A stretch of 64,000 nt of DNA from positions 85,622,001-85,686,000 of the forward strand of contig NC_043002.1 of assembly GCF_006345805.1 (NCBI RefSeq), written 5' to 3'. Positions 25,615-37,945 of the stretch are shown piece after piece (position 1 is the first letter of the stretch; each line of letters opens with the position of its first letter). Under the pieces are notes generated by a model, which searched no databases, had not been told where the DNA came from, and saw nothing but the letters and a program-made list of their open reading frames with translations. Position numbers and translations under genes: made by a program. This stretch comes from Octopus sinensis (lineage: Eukaryota).

Positions 25615-25931
25615 ACCCTCTCTTATTACATTATTTACATTTGACGGATATTTGTCCTCATCTTGTTTGTTGTTAACACAACGTTTCGACTGATATACCC
25701 TCCAGCCTTCATCAGGTGTCTTGGGAAAATTTAAAACCTGAGTTCTCATTTCTAAGGTAGTTGTTGTTGTTGTTGTTTTTGCTGCTGTTGCTGTTATTGT
25801 TGCTGTTGTTGTTGTTGTTGTTGTCGTCATCGTCGTCATCATTATTATCATTCAGGTCACTGCCTGGTATCGAATTCAGAATCTTGGGGTTAGTAGCCCG
25901 CACTCTTAACCACTATGCCATATGCCCATGG
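25615..25931 (-). mobile_element. tRNA-headed short element with simple-repeat spacer and hammerhead-bearing 3' part
   Basis: Minus strand: A-box TGGCATAGTGG, B-box-like GAATTCGATACC, anticodon-like loop CTACTAA, (AAC/GAC)n spacer, then a hammerhead. Confidence 0.7.
25675..25720 (-). ncRNA. Minimal type I hammerhead ribozyme (Penelope-type)
   Basis: GACAC-CUGAUGA-A-GGCUGG(loop)UCAGUC-GAAAC-GUU-GUGUU: stem I of 5 bp, stem II of 6 bp, palindromic minimal stem III. Confidence 0.75.
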
Positions 25932-25974
25932 GCAATTATGGAGTGAATTTTAGGACTTATAAATCTAATATTTT

Positions 25975-26560
25975 CCTATTCTTCCTTAATACCAGTTCCT
26001 ACATGCTATTCATATCTGCACTCGGTCTGCTTAGGGGGTTGTTGTGTCCTAGCATATGTGCTACTTCTTTTAGTTTTCGTATTTTCCAGTGGCGTTCTCT
26101 GTTTATTATTTTAACTTCATCATACAAGATCAGCTATACCCGATTTATCAATATCTCCTTGTGTCACAGCTTTGTGATGTTCCTCTACCCTTATTTTGAG
26201 GGGGCAGCATGTTTTGCCTTTGTATAACCTATGGAGTACGCATAATTTTTGGCCATATTCTCTTCTATTGGTGGTTTTACTCAAAGGAGACATTTGCGAA
26301 GTGCTGTATTACTCTTCAATACCATCCTGATGTCATATGGTCCGCATATCTTTTGTATCTTTTTGGAGAGGCCTTTCACACAGGGTAGATAGACTGTGGA
26401 CAGTTTATTTGTTTCATCCTCCCTTTCTCCCTTTTCTTCATAATTGGAGTGGCTAGTATGTTTTGGGGGTAGTTGTTGCTTAATAGATTGTTACTGAGCT
26501 TGATGATTTCTTTGTGGTGGACATCACAATCGCTTTATATTCTAGCCTTACCAGGAAGAT
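25975..26560 (-). mobile_element. Penelope-like element fragment (linker plus GIY-YIG endonuclease region), degenerate
   Basis: Minus translation TVYLPCVKGLSKKIQKICGPYDIRMVLKSN...YKGKTCCPLKIRVEEHHKAVTQGDIDKSGIAD, with stops and frameshifts. Confidence 0.75.
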
Positions 26561-27110
26561 GTCCGAGTGCTGTTAGATCATGTGAACTCAATAGAGCTAT
26601 CCATACAGTTCACAATGGAAAAGGAAAAAGACAATCAGCTAGCATTCCTGGACATATTAATAACACGCACCAAGTATGGAATCAGGACATGTGTATACCT
26701 ATTTCTTTATTACCCACAAGGGGCTAAACACAGAGGGGACAAACAAGGACAGACATAGGTATTAAGTAGATTACATCAACCCCAGTGCGTAACTGGTACT
26801 TAATTTATCAACCCCGAAAGGATGAAAGGCAAAGTCGACCTCGGCAGAATTTGAACTCAGAACGTAACCCAGACGAAATACCGCTAAGCATTTCGCTCGG
26901 CGTGCTAACGTTTCTGCCAGCTCGCCGCCTTACATGTGTATACCGCAAGTTGACCTTCACTAGACGATACCTCAACTTCAGTTTCCACCAGCCATACAGT
27001 GTAAAGAGAGGGATTGCTCAGTGCCTAAAACATCGAGCAAAGAATATAAGTAGTGAGCATGATACCCACCATGAAGTCCTGATATGGACTTGTGATGCAT
27101 ATGAATGATA
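26560..27110 (+). mobile_element. Penelope-like RT C-terminal fragment interrupted by a family B SINE (26700-26931, -)
   Basis: IQFTMEKEKDNQLAFLDILITRT...CVYRKLTFTRRYLNFSFHQPYSVKRGIAQCLKHRAK; the SINE has a 13-bp TSD acatgtgtatacc (26687-26699 and 26932-26944). Confidence 0.85.
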
Positions 27111-28049
27111 ACAGATGGATATCATTTGTTCAGAGCCACAAATCTTACACATTCAACAGAGCACAGATATGTAACGTCCTCTCAATTCCATGCCCATGTC
27201 TTGATACCATGCAGCATGGCACTTCTGATAAGTAGCATACAACCTAATCTTCACTTGGGGACAGAATCCCCTTGGTACCTGCAGAAATAACAAATCAATG
27301 AACTTTCCCCACACTGTCCTTATTCTGCTTCCTATGCTTTCAGAGCACCTACCGTCACTGCCTGTTAGGCTGCTTAAGTTATAATGTACGTGTGTCTGTG
27401 TTCTTGTTTGAGATTTTGTTTAGTGGTGTAAATTGACGTTGAGTTTGTCCGTTTATCAAAAATGTTAACTTAGCTTTTCAGTAAAAAGAAATCAATAAAA
27501 TAAACACTTAAACCAGATTAACTACTGTTGTCGATATGATTAACTAAAACTCTTAAAGGTAGTACACAACCACCATGGTTACTGTCTAACGATGGAAACC
27601 ACTGAAAGATAAGAGTAAAAGACTATACATATGCATACATACATACACACAAGTGTGTGTGCGTTTATATACATACACATACATAAACAAATATGTATGT
27701 ATACATATATATTCAGACACTGATATAATAAACACATATATCTACACATACACATACAGATATAACTACAAATATACATCAATAATCACTTATAGACACT
27801 CACAATTAAATCAACTCTGACTGAGCTACCAAACTATATTATACAGGGTTATATTGGTAATCAAATCTAGGTATTTAAATGCTTCCCATAATGTTTGTAC
27901 ATTTTTTTTTTTTAAATGGCTCCAAGGAAGCTATAAGATGTTGTAGAAGCAAGTAGCTTTGCGTGCAAGTTTCATATAACAGAAACAGGTGTAAAGTAAT
28001 AAAAGTGATTATGTAATTCTTTTTTTCTTTTTGCCATTCATTAATTGAT

Positions 28050-28206
28050 ATAATGACTGTGTGGTAAGAAGTTTGTTTCACAACCAATGGTTTTGAGTTC
28101 AGTCCCACTGTATGGTACATTGGGTAGGTGTCTTCTATTATAGCACCAGGCAAACCAAAGCCTTCTGAGTGAATTTGATACACAAAAACTGAAATGAGCC
28201 TGTCAG

Positions 28207-28267
<61 letters not shown>

Positions 28268-28470
28268 GTGTGTGTTTGTCCTCCCCACCACTGCTTGACA
28301 ACCAGTACTGGCGTGTTTACTATTCCATAACATAGCAATTCAATAAAAGGGACCAATAGAATAAGTACCAGGTTTACAAAAGAAAAAAAAGTAGTGGGAT
28401 TAATTCGTTCAACTAAAACCCTTCAAGGCAGTGCCCCAGCATGGCCATAGTCCAATGAAACAAGTAAAGA
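28050..28470 (+). mobile_element. Family A SINE
   Basis: Family motifs with an internal (TG)n. Confidence 0.8.
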
Positions 28471-28519
28471 AAACACACACACACATAGAGAGACTGATAG
28501 ATAAGTATGTATATATATA

Positions 28520-28582
<63 letters not shown>

Positions 28583-28625
28583 TAAATAAATGGAGTTAAA
28601 TGCAGATGTTATTAAAATTTTTTTA

Positions 28626-28708
28626 CTTTCGACATATGTTTCAAAGACAACATTGGTTTTATTCCAAAGGAATAAACGCTGTAAAATGCAATCTTCTCAT
28701 CAGGAAAG
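28626..28708 (-). ncRNA. Type I hammerhead ribozyme with extended stem II
   Basis: CUUUC-CUGAUGA-GAAGAU...GUCUUU-GAAAC-AUAU-GUC-GAAAG: all core nucleotides present, GUC cleavage triplet, internal hairpin UUUAUUCC/GGAAUAAA. Confidence 0.8.
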
Positions 28709-29659
28709 ATAGAGAGCCTATCTCAACAACAAGACATTATAGATATATATATGCTTATGTGTATCCTTGATGTGTTGTGGTAATGACCTTGTGTTGTTGA
28801 GAAAGTCAAAATCGCTGTGAGCAGAAGATGGTTTTAAGACTGCTCTGTTTATAGGATCAGTGCAGATTTGGGCTGAGGTCTCCTGGTTATGATGTGACAG
28901 GTAATTAATACTTAGGTTCAGAAAATTCAGAAGTATTGAAAGATAGTTTCATCCATGTAGGAATGGTCCACTATTTAGAGGTGGTAATATTCATAGAGCT
29001 GCTCAATCAAATCTTGCTTTGGGCTAAACGACAACAACAGCAACTACATCTTTATTCTAGATGAATTGTTTTTGATAGATTAACAGAAGTCCTGCCTCTT
29101 TTAATTCTTACTAAATCGTTTGTTATTCCATGTAAATAATAATAAAAATGAACTTGTATACAGTGCTTAGGTGCACTACAACCCATCAGGAAAAGTCAAA
29201 AGTGCATGAAAAATACATAGAATAATTCACAGGGTGTGAACACTGAATAAATTGGTCTTTTGCTTTAAAGAAAAAAGGTGGGGGATGTCAGGTGTGCGGT
29301 TGGTGAATTTTGGTAAGACTGGAAATTTTGAAGGATGTTGTGTTCCGACAGCTAACAACTGCAGATTGTTTATTCCATGCTTCAGTACTTCTGAGCATGA
29401 AAAAAATGTCATGGGTGCTGTGTTGTTTTTTGATTTTGTAATTGCATAATTCCATTTCCTGCCTGTTAAACTGTGTCAAGTAGATACAAGAATCTCGTCC
29501 AAGAATATCTCTAATAATTGCAGACTTTCAAAGATTTGTGCACAATGTAACCTGACACAGTGTAATCTTAAGATCAAACTTTGAGAAGGATTTTGGAGTT
29601 GACCTATATTTTACTCCCTCTTTTCATATGTTTCAAAATATTGTTCCTTATATTGATCT

Positions 29660-29672
29660 TCCCTTCACTTCT

Positions 29673-29754
<82 letters not shown>

Positions 29755-30740
29755 CTATCTATCTCTTTCTTCTTCACTCCTTTCATCTCTCTCTTTTCCT
29801 GTCTGCCTGTCTATCTATCTATCTATCTGTCTAGCTGTCTGTCTATCTATCTGTCTGTCTGTCTATCTATCTATATATCTATCTACCTATTTCTTTCTTG
29901 TTCATCTCTCTCTCAACTGTCTCTTTCTTCCTTCCATCTCTTTATTATTTTATCTCCCTTTCCCTTCTTCAGTCCTTCAGTCTCTCTCTTCTTCATTCTT
30001 TAAGTCTCCTCTCTCTCTCCTTAACTTCTATCATCTCTCTCTTCACTTCTATCATCTCTCTCTCTCTTTCTGTTTTCCTCTTCTTTCATCCCATATTCTT
30101 CCATCTCTCTCTTTCTCTCCTTCCCCTCCTCTTTTTCTCTATTTCCATTTATTCTTTATCTCTTACCTCTCCTCTTTTTCCTTCCTCTTAGCTCTCCCTC
30201 ATTCCTTCCATTTATTTTTCTCACCTTCTCTCCTTTTCTCTTATTCTATCTGCATTTTAGTTTTCTCTTTCTCTTCCATATCTCTTTGATCTCTCTTTTA
30301 TCCTTATCTCCTTCATTCCTTTCATCTCCCTCTGTTTCCCCTCTTCATCCATATCTCTTTTTCCCTTTCTTCCTCTCTTTTTTACTCCTTCCATTTCTTT
30401 TTCCACTTCTTCATTCACCTTGTTCTCCTTTCATCTATTTTTCTCACCTTTTTCACCTTCTCTTCTCTCATTTCACCTGCATTCTAATTTTTTTCTATTT
30501 TTCCTTGTTCTCTCTCTTTCTTTTTCTTTCTTCCTCATACAACCATACTCTCTGTTTCTTTCTCTCCTTTTCTCTCTCCTTCATACAACCATACACAATC
30601 TCCCCCCCCCTCTCTGACTTCTTTGCAACTCCGCTTTCTCACATCCCTTTCTCTTCAGTGCTTTCTTCCCTCCATTCTACCTCTTCATTTCTTTTCCATC
30701 ACCTTCCTCCTCATCCCAACCTCTCTCTTGAATTACCTTC
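29660..30740 (+). repeat. About 1.1-kb polypyrimidine low-complexity tract
   Basis: (CT)n/(TA)n/(TCTA)n followed by near-pure C/T sequence. Confidence 0.9.
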
Positions 30741-31499
30741 CAACTCCGCCCTATTATAAAGCAGCTAACATTTACATCAATAGTATATAACTGACACCCA
30801 TCAAACCCACAATCAGTGAATCAGATGCCAGGTGTTAGCATCAGACACCAGATGCTAGTAGCAGTTTACCTTAGCATTGCTCATCAGAATATTTTATCCC
30901 TCACTGAATTTTGTTGCTTCAGTAATATTTGAATCCTGACAAGTTTATTTATTTATTTTATTTCGTTTTCCTCCCACATAAACAATAATTGATAAAACAA
31001 ATGACAAAATAAATAAATAAATGAATAAATTTTCTGCAAATTCTTGAATATTTTTCATATAAAACAGAAAAAAAAAAAAATTCTTTCTTTTGTCTCGTGT
31101 AATATTTTGTTTTTCAATGGTTCAGTAAATTTATTCATGAAAAATATTTCTGATATTTACAATAGGATTTCAAAATATTCTTTGTAATTCACTGAAGCGA
31201 AAAAAAATCTATTACTAACTAAGAAAGCAAGCTCATTAGTAAACCACATGTAATTGGGAAAGAATTCAGAGTGTTAATGAAGGAAATGGATTTTGATTTT
31301 CAGTCCAGGAGCTGGAAGGAATTTTCATAAAACGTTTCCGTTTGTATTTTGTAAAATACAACGAGGACTGTTCGGCAGAAATTGTGTACTTCCAGAGGAG
31401 AGAAACCAAATACAAAATGCAAAGTGTGATGTGGGGAGGAAAAATATGCGTGTTGGATGTACCAATTTGTTCACCTATTGCTAACATTATTCTATAGCT

Positions 31500-31666
31500 A
31501 TTGTTGTTGTTGTTAGTATTATCATTGTAATCATTGTAGTAGTAGTTGTAGTACAGGTGATAGTGTTGGTGGTGGTGGTAATGATGCCAGTTGCAATAGT
31601 AGTAGCAGCAACAGCTGTAATTGTAGTGGTAGGAGTGGAGTGGTAGTAGTAGTGGTGGTGGTGGTG

Positions 31667-31707
<41 letters not shown>

Positions 31708-31904
31708 GGTGGTGGTGGTGGTGGTAGTGGTGGCAGTAGTAGTAGTAGTAGCAGCAGCAGTTGGATGGTGTGGATTGTAGTAGTAGAAGTAGTTGGATGG
31801 TGTGGATTGTAGTAGTAGTGGGTGGTAGTGGTGATAGTAGTAGTAGTAGTAGCAGTGAGGTGGTGGTGGTGGTGGTGGTAGTAGTAGTATTAGTAGTAGT
31901 AGTG

Positions 31905-31935
<31 letters not shown>

Positions 31936-31940
31936 TAACT
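31500..31940. repeat. Compound (GTA)n/(GTG)n trinucleotide array
   Basis: Directly visible. Confidence 0.9.
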
Positions 31941-32869
31941 GGTTACACTTAATTATACTTTTGATCTCGGACATCATTCTTAGCATGTAATTGTTGCTAT
32001 TAATATTAGCAGTGTTAACTGTTGGGTGAGCTGATGAAAACCCTGAGAAATTTAGCCACAAGCATTTCTATGCAACTTTATACATGATATAGTGCCAATA
32101 TATTGGAATGGTATTATAATTTAATGGAATTTCTTTCATTCATTCATCCGTTTGTTTGTTTTGTTTGTTTGTTTATTAAGTTCTGGTTTTTTCATGCTGG
32201 CAATGACTTTGGTGGGATATGATTTAAGCAAGGATTTTATGGTCAGATGCTCTTCCTGTTGCGTGGATGCCAGTCCCAAATTTGGAGAAAGACGTGTGAA
32301 GGTTAGGAGATTTGGTCACTGAACCAGCAACTTAGCCCAGCAAAAATCAGGATTTGCTAAAGAAACAGCAGAAGAAATTCATGAGAACAATCGACATGGA
32401 GAGAAAGACAGTTGAGAAACACCACTTAGGATGTATCCTAATGAAAGTCAGAAGGCAGTTAGGGCCTCAAAGAGCCTGATTCTGAGAACTTACCAGTGCA
32501 GTGCAGGAGAATCTGAAGCTAAGTAAAGTTCAACACAGCACCCATGATGTACAGAAACATTTTTTCGCACTCGGAATTGCTGAAGTCATGGAATAAACTA
32601 CCTGCATCAGGTGTTAGCAGTCAAAGCAATTACATCCTTCAAAACTTACATGCTTCCTGAAATTTGCCAACAGTACACCTGATGCCTCTCATTCTCATTT
32701 CCTCTTCTTCCCTTTTTTGTTTTAAGACTTTTTCACTGTTACTTTTCTGTAGATATTCTATTTTTTCTGATGCTTTGTAGTGCACCTGAGCACTGTATAC
32801 AATAAGTTCATTATTATTTTTTTCTGTTGCCAACCCTTGCTTGTTTTTTCAACTAGAGATTATCATATT

Positions 32870-34830
32870 CTACAAGTCTTCAAATGTGCAGTGTAGCCGG
32901 GAATAGTAAAACTGCTATTTCACTTAAATAGTGACAAGCAAGATATCTCTTCACTGGGGGACTGTATAGGGATGATGCACTTCTAGCTGTACATAGCCAG
33001 TCTAAAACTGCATTGAATAGATTGAGGAAATCCCTGTGAGATTTCTTAAAGGATTTCTTTAATCTTAACATTCTTTAATCTTTGATGTTAACTCCAGAGT
33101 GGTGAATTTCCTGGACATTACATTGTGTTTGGATACGGGTTTATACTACCCATTGAGTAAGCCAAACAAATCCATCTCATATATCAATGTATCGTCCAAT
33201 CACCCAAAATCCACTATAGATAACATCATTACCACTATTTCAATCAGAATCTCCAATTTATCCACAAATGTAGAAATTTTTTATCAACATGCACCAGTGA
33301 ACAACAATGCTCTAAAATTAAGCGGTTTTAAATCTAAAATCTCATATATACCTAACACAAGATTTAAAAACAAGGTGGTCGGAAAAAGTGCAATGCATTG
33401 CCTGACTGCAACCAAAATAAGTCATTAGAAACGTATTTAAAGAGGTTAGGAATAGGTATAAGAAGCGAAATAGTGGTAGTGGAGAGACAAGTAAAACCAA
33501 GAGTTCACATTCTAGAATAAGGGAAGTAATATGGTTCACCCCCCACCCTTTTTCTCTTAGAGTAAGAAATTTGCCAAGTTGTTTATTAGGATTCTGGAGG
33601 AGAACTTCCCAAAGACTACAACATTTGCAATAAGTCTTCTATCAAATTCTCTTACTCAGAAATGCTAAATTTGATCTCCATTATTGCATCTATAAATAGA
33701 AGCAAGTTAAATGGGCAAGGGCACTAGAGATGTTCTTCTGATGGAAACCCTGGTTCTGGGCAAGTAAGTTCTGATACGCCTAAGGTTAGTGATGCCAACA
33801 TTTTGCTCCCATCAGGTATATCAAACCCTAGTAATGAGTGAATGTGGGAAACCTGACAAGTACTGTTAGTAGTAGAAATAAGGTTAGGGATGGCCCTGGG
33901 AAATCATGTAATTATAGAAACCCTGGATTATGTCCCTTTGATGGGCTCTGTTTAATTACTAATGCAATTTATAAATGCATTGTTGAGGATGAGGATAATT
34001 TAGATAAGTTTTATATAGGTAGTACAGTAAATTTTAAGGCTAGGTATAGGGCCCACATGAGCTCATTTTCAAACAAAAAATACTGTAGCTCTACCACACT
34101 TTCATCTTATATACGCGATCTAAAGAGGAATAATAAGAGTTATTCTCTGGAATTGTTTATTTCGAGAGCCCCTCACTTCAGAGTAAATATAAATAAGTGT
34201 AAGTTGTGTGTAAAAGAATCCCTTGCCATCCTTAAGTCTTTTGGGCAAAAAACTTTGATTAAATTTACTGAGGTTGTCCCTTTTCACAACCATAGATTTT
34301 CATCCACCTTTTTGAAAGTATATAGAAATAAAATTAGATGTAATAAAATTGTTTAGCATTACAGGGATTTGAAACTGGTACGGTTAAATTTCTGTTAACT
34401 ACGGCCACCCAAGTGTTTAGCCATAGATTTTTTTTTTCTTTTAGAAAATTTGGACTGGTCCGTTGATAGGTTTTTCTTTTAAATTATACAAGTTTTTCAT
34501 GAAAAGTATAAGCTTTTCATAAAAAATGTTAATCTGTGAGTGTGTCCTGTTTCCTGTTTATCCTGATGAGGGGGTCATCACCGTGATGAACTTTATTGTA
34601 AATGAACTGCAGTGGTGAGCTCCCGGAATGGTCATAGATATATGTGAATGTTGAATTTGACATGTGGAGTCTGTTTATTATGAACTTTTGGATGTAGTTG
34701 TGTGAGGGGAGTAAAAGACTTTTTTTCAAGATGTATGTGAATTTGACCTGTGGAAGTCTATTTACTTATGAACTTTGGACGTACTTGTGTGAGGGAAGTA
34801 TAAGACTTTTTGCAAATATCAAAAAAATAA
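32870..34830 (+). mobile_element. Penelope-like element: RT C-terminus and GIY-YIG endonuclease, frameshifted
   Basis: VNFLDITLCLDTGLYYPLSKPNKSISYINVSSNHPKS (33099-); CPFDGLCL..AIYKC..FYIGSTVNFKARYRAHMSSF..CKLC (33838-34356); about 86-bp tandem repeat at about 34650-34815. Confidence 0.9.
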
Positions 34831-34986
34831 TAACTTTTTTCTAAATTTTTAAAAAGTATTTTAATCATCCAATAAAACTTTTTTAGTTGGTGGACATTTT
34901 TATTTTATTTTATTTTATTTTTATCTTTATTTTATATTTGTCTATTAGGTTTTACAAGCTTTGCCAGAAACATATCTGTGTCTGTC

Positions 34987-35038
<52 letters not shown>

Positions 35039-35404
35039 TCCCTCTCCTCCTTTCTCTCTGGCCGCATCATCCTTTGAAGACATTAATCAACAAATATTGC
35101 TCATTCCAGGAATTGAACCTGTAACCTTGCACTCAGGATTTCAACACTCTAACCACCAGGCTACATACTTTCACTTGGGTTGATAATCATTAGCTGTTGT
35201 TTTCACCCATATAATTAATTAATTGATTAGTGGTGACTTGTTTTTAACTTTTCATTTTTACATTTGTAGCCTAAGGTAAAAGGCGAAGTCCACAGCAGTT
35301 ATTACATTAAATAAAATAAGGACATTTGAGGAGGTTTGAAAGTCCCAGGGCCTGGTTTTAGCTTCCTTTTTCTTAGCTTCTGTTTCTTCATTGTCATTGT
35401 TGTC

Positions 35405-36110
35405 GTCGTCATCGTCATCATCATCATCATCATCATCATTTAACGTCCAATTTCCATGCAGACATGGATTGGACAGTTTGACTGGATCTGATTCCAAGCA
35501 GTACATCAGCAGTATCTTACTTTGGCATGGTTTCTACAGCCAGCTTTCCTTCCTAATACCACAGAATGCATTCTGTTTTTGTTTGTTCCACCAGCCCTAG
35601 TGAGGTCACCATGGAAACTGCAGATCCTTGTAAAATAATTACATGGTTACTCAAATTTGTGGGGAGAGAGTGAGAATGAATCAGTTAGTTGTATCCCCTT
35701 AATAGATAAACAGAGATGATAAGGTGCCTAGGTGGTACCTCAAGGTACAAGGTGAATAGTAGTGAGTGAGGACAGAGAAACTAGGAGTGTGTGGGGGTGG
35801 GAGTTAGCAAGTGTTTGGGGTGTGGGGACTTGGAAAAAGAGATAGGAGTAATAGTAGAGGGGAGATCAGCAACATCTGTAAAGACTGTGTAGAAATTCTT
35901 TTCTACTATAGGCACAAGGCCTGAAATTTTGGGGTAGGGGGCTAGTCAATTAGATTGACCCAGTGCACAACTGGTAATTTATTTATCGACCCCAAAAGGA
36001 TGAAAGACAAAGTCGACCTCAGCGGAATTTGAACTCAGGATGTAAAGACAGACGAAATACTGCTAAGGATTTCGCCCGGCATGCAAACGTTTCTGCCAGC
36101 TCGCCGCAGA
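35405..36110 (-). mobile_element. RTE 3' end (about 35405-35640) and family B2 SINE (about 35895-36110)
   Basis: Family motifs in reverse complement. Confidence 0.7.
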
Positions 36111-36355
36111 GAAGTAAAACTTCTGGGTAAGTCACCAGTGTATTTGAGGTACTCATTCTGATAATCTTGTTAACAACTCCCAACTGCTTAGTATGCTGTA
36201 GTAAGTATACAATTTCAATACACAATGAAGTATTTAGAGTGGGATTGAACTCCAGATCTACCAGGTAGTTGAGAAGTACTTTAACCACCCAGTCACTTTG
36301 CCAATGAGTAAAATACTGCTACTGATACTACTACTACTACTACTACTACTAATAC

Positions 36356-36406
<51 letters not shown>

Positions 36407-36570
36407 TAATAATACTTCTAGAAGGGGAGACAGAAGATGGAAATTATACATTGACATTGAGAGAGAAAGACAGAGAAACAGGCAGACAAAGAGAGATGAC
36501 CTGAGTGATGTTTGTGAGAGAGAGAGAGATAATTGGAGGGGGAAGAAGAGCATGAGATAAGAAATAGTTG

Positions 36571-36602
<32 letters not shown>

Positions 36603-36729
36603 AAGAGGGAGGGAAATGTATGTGTGCATGCATGTGTGTGTGTGTGAGTGTGTGTGTGCATGCATGTGTGTTTGATAATAGCAAACAAAGTGTGTTAGTG
36701 AGGGGGAATAACACAAAGCAAATACACAC

Positions 36730-36772
36730 ACACATGCATACATATATACATGCTTACATACATATGTTTGCA

Positions 36773-36803
<31 letters not shown>

Positions 36804-36921
36804 GCTTGCATACATACATACATACATACATCATACATACTTGCTACATACATACATACATACATCATACAACATACATATCTTGCATACATACATACAT
36901 ACATACATACATATGCTTGCA

Positions 36922-36952
<31 letters not shown>

Positions 36953-36997
36953 GCTTGCATACATACATACATACATACATACATATGCTTGCATACA

Positions 36998-37028
<31 letters not shown>

Positions 37029-37114
37029 GCTTGCATACATACATACATACATACATACATATGCTTGCATACATACATACATACATACATACATAATACA
37101 TATGCTTGCATACA

Positions 37115-37145
<31 letters not shown>

Positions 37146-37190
37146 GCTTGCATACATACATACATACATACATACATATGCTTGCATACA

Positions 37191-37221
<31 letters not shown>

Positions 37222-37232
37222 GCTTGCATACA

Positions 37233-37263
<31 letters not shown>

Positions 37264-37278
37264 GCTTGCATACATACA

Positions 37279-37309
<31 letters not shown>

Positions 37310-37456
37310 GCTTGCATACATACATACATACATACATACATATGCTTGCATACATACATACATACATACATCATACATACATACATACATACATACATAT
37401 GCTTGCATACATACATACATACATATGCTTGCATACATACATACATCATACATACA

Positions 37457-37487
<31 letters not shown>

Positions 37488-37489
37488 GC

Positions 37490-37521
<32 letters not shown>

Positions 37522-37573
37522 GCTTGCATACATACATACATACATATGCTTGCATACATACATACATCATACA

Positions 37574-37604
<31 letters not shown>

Positions 37605-37606
37605 GC

Positions 37607-37642
<36 letters not shown>

Positions 37643-37694
37643 GCTTGCATACATACATACATACATATGCTTGCATACATACATACATCATACA

Positions 37695-37725
<31 letters not shown>

Positions 37726-37727
37726 GC

Positions 37728-37757
<30 letters not shown>
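36730..37757. repeat. Compound satellite (CATA)n punctuated by CATATGCTTG
   Basis: About 1 kb, with about 20 exact CATATGCTTG motifs plus variants by hand count; explains the long HTYI/MYVC pseudo-ORFs. Confidence 0.95.
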
Positions 37758-37758
<1 letters not shown>

Positions 37759-37945
37759 GCTGTTTTCATATACGAGCAAAACTAGAAAGAATCCTTGGAA
37801 TAAGTCATTGATGATGCAATCTGAGGCCCTGGTATGACTCTTAAGCCCAGCCAAAGATTTGCACATTCTATTGCATAATGCACAGCTGTGCAGGCTGGTA
37901 ACTATATGCATGAGAATACAGACATGAAACATAAAAATCCGCACA
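37758..37945 (-). mobile_element. RTE-type LINE extreme 3' end
   Basis: Minus frame HSCALCNRMCKSLAGLKSHTR resembles the RTE C-terminal Cys/His finger seen at 44440-44500. Confidence 0.6.

Noticed and set aside
25853-25931. Functional tRNA gene
   Set aside because: Acceptor stem not formed and B box degenerate; it is a SINE-type head.
34562-34592. CTGATGA hammerhead-like core after the Penelope ORF
   Set aside because: No GAAA at the required position and no clear stems I/III; at most a decayed relic.
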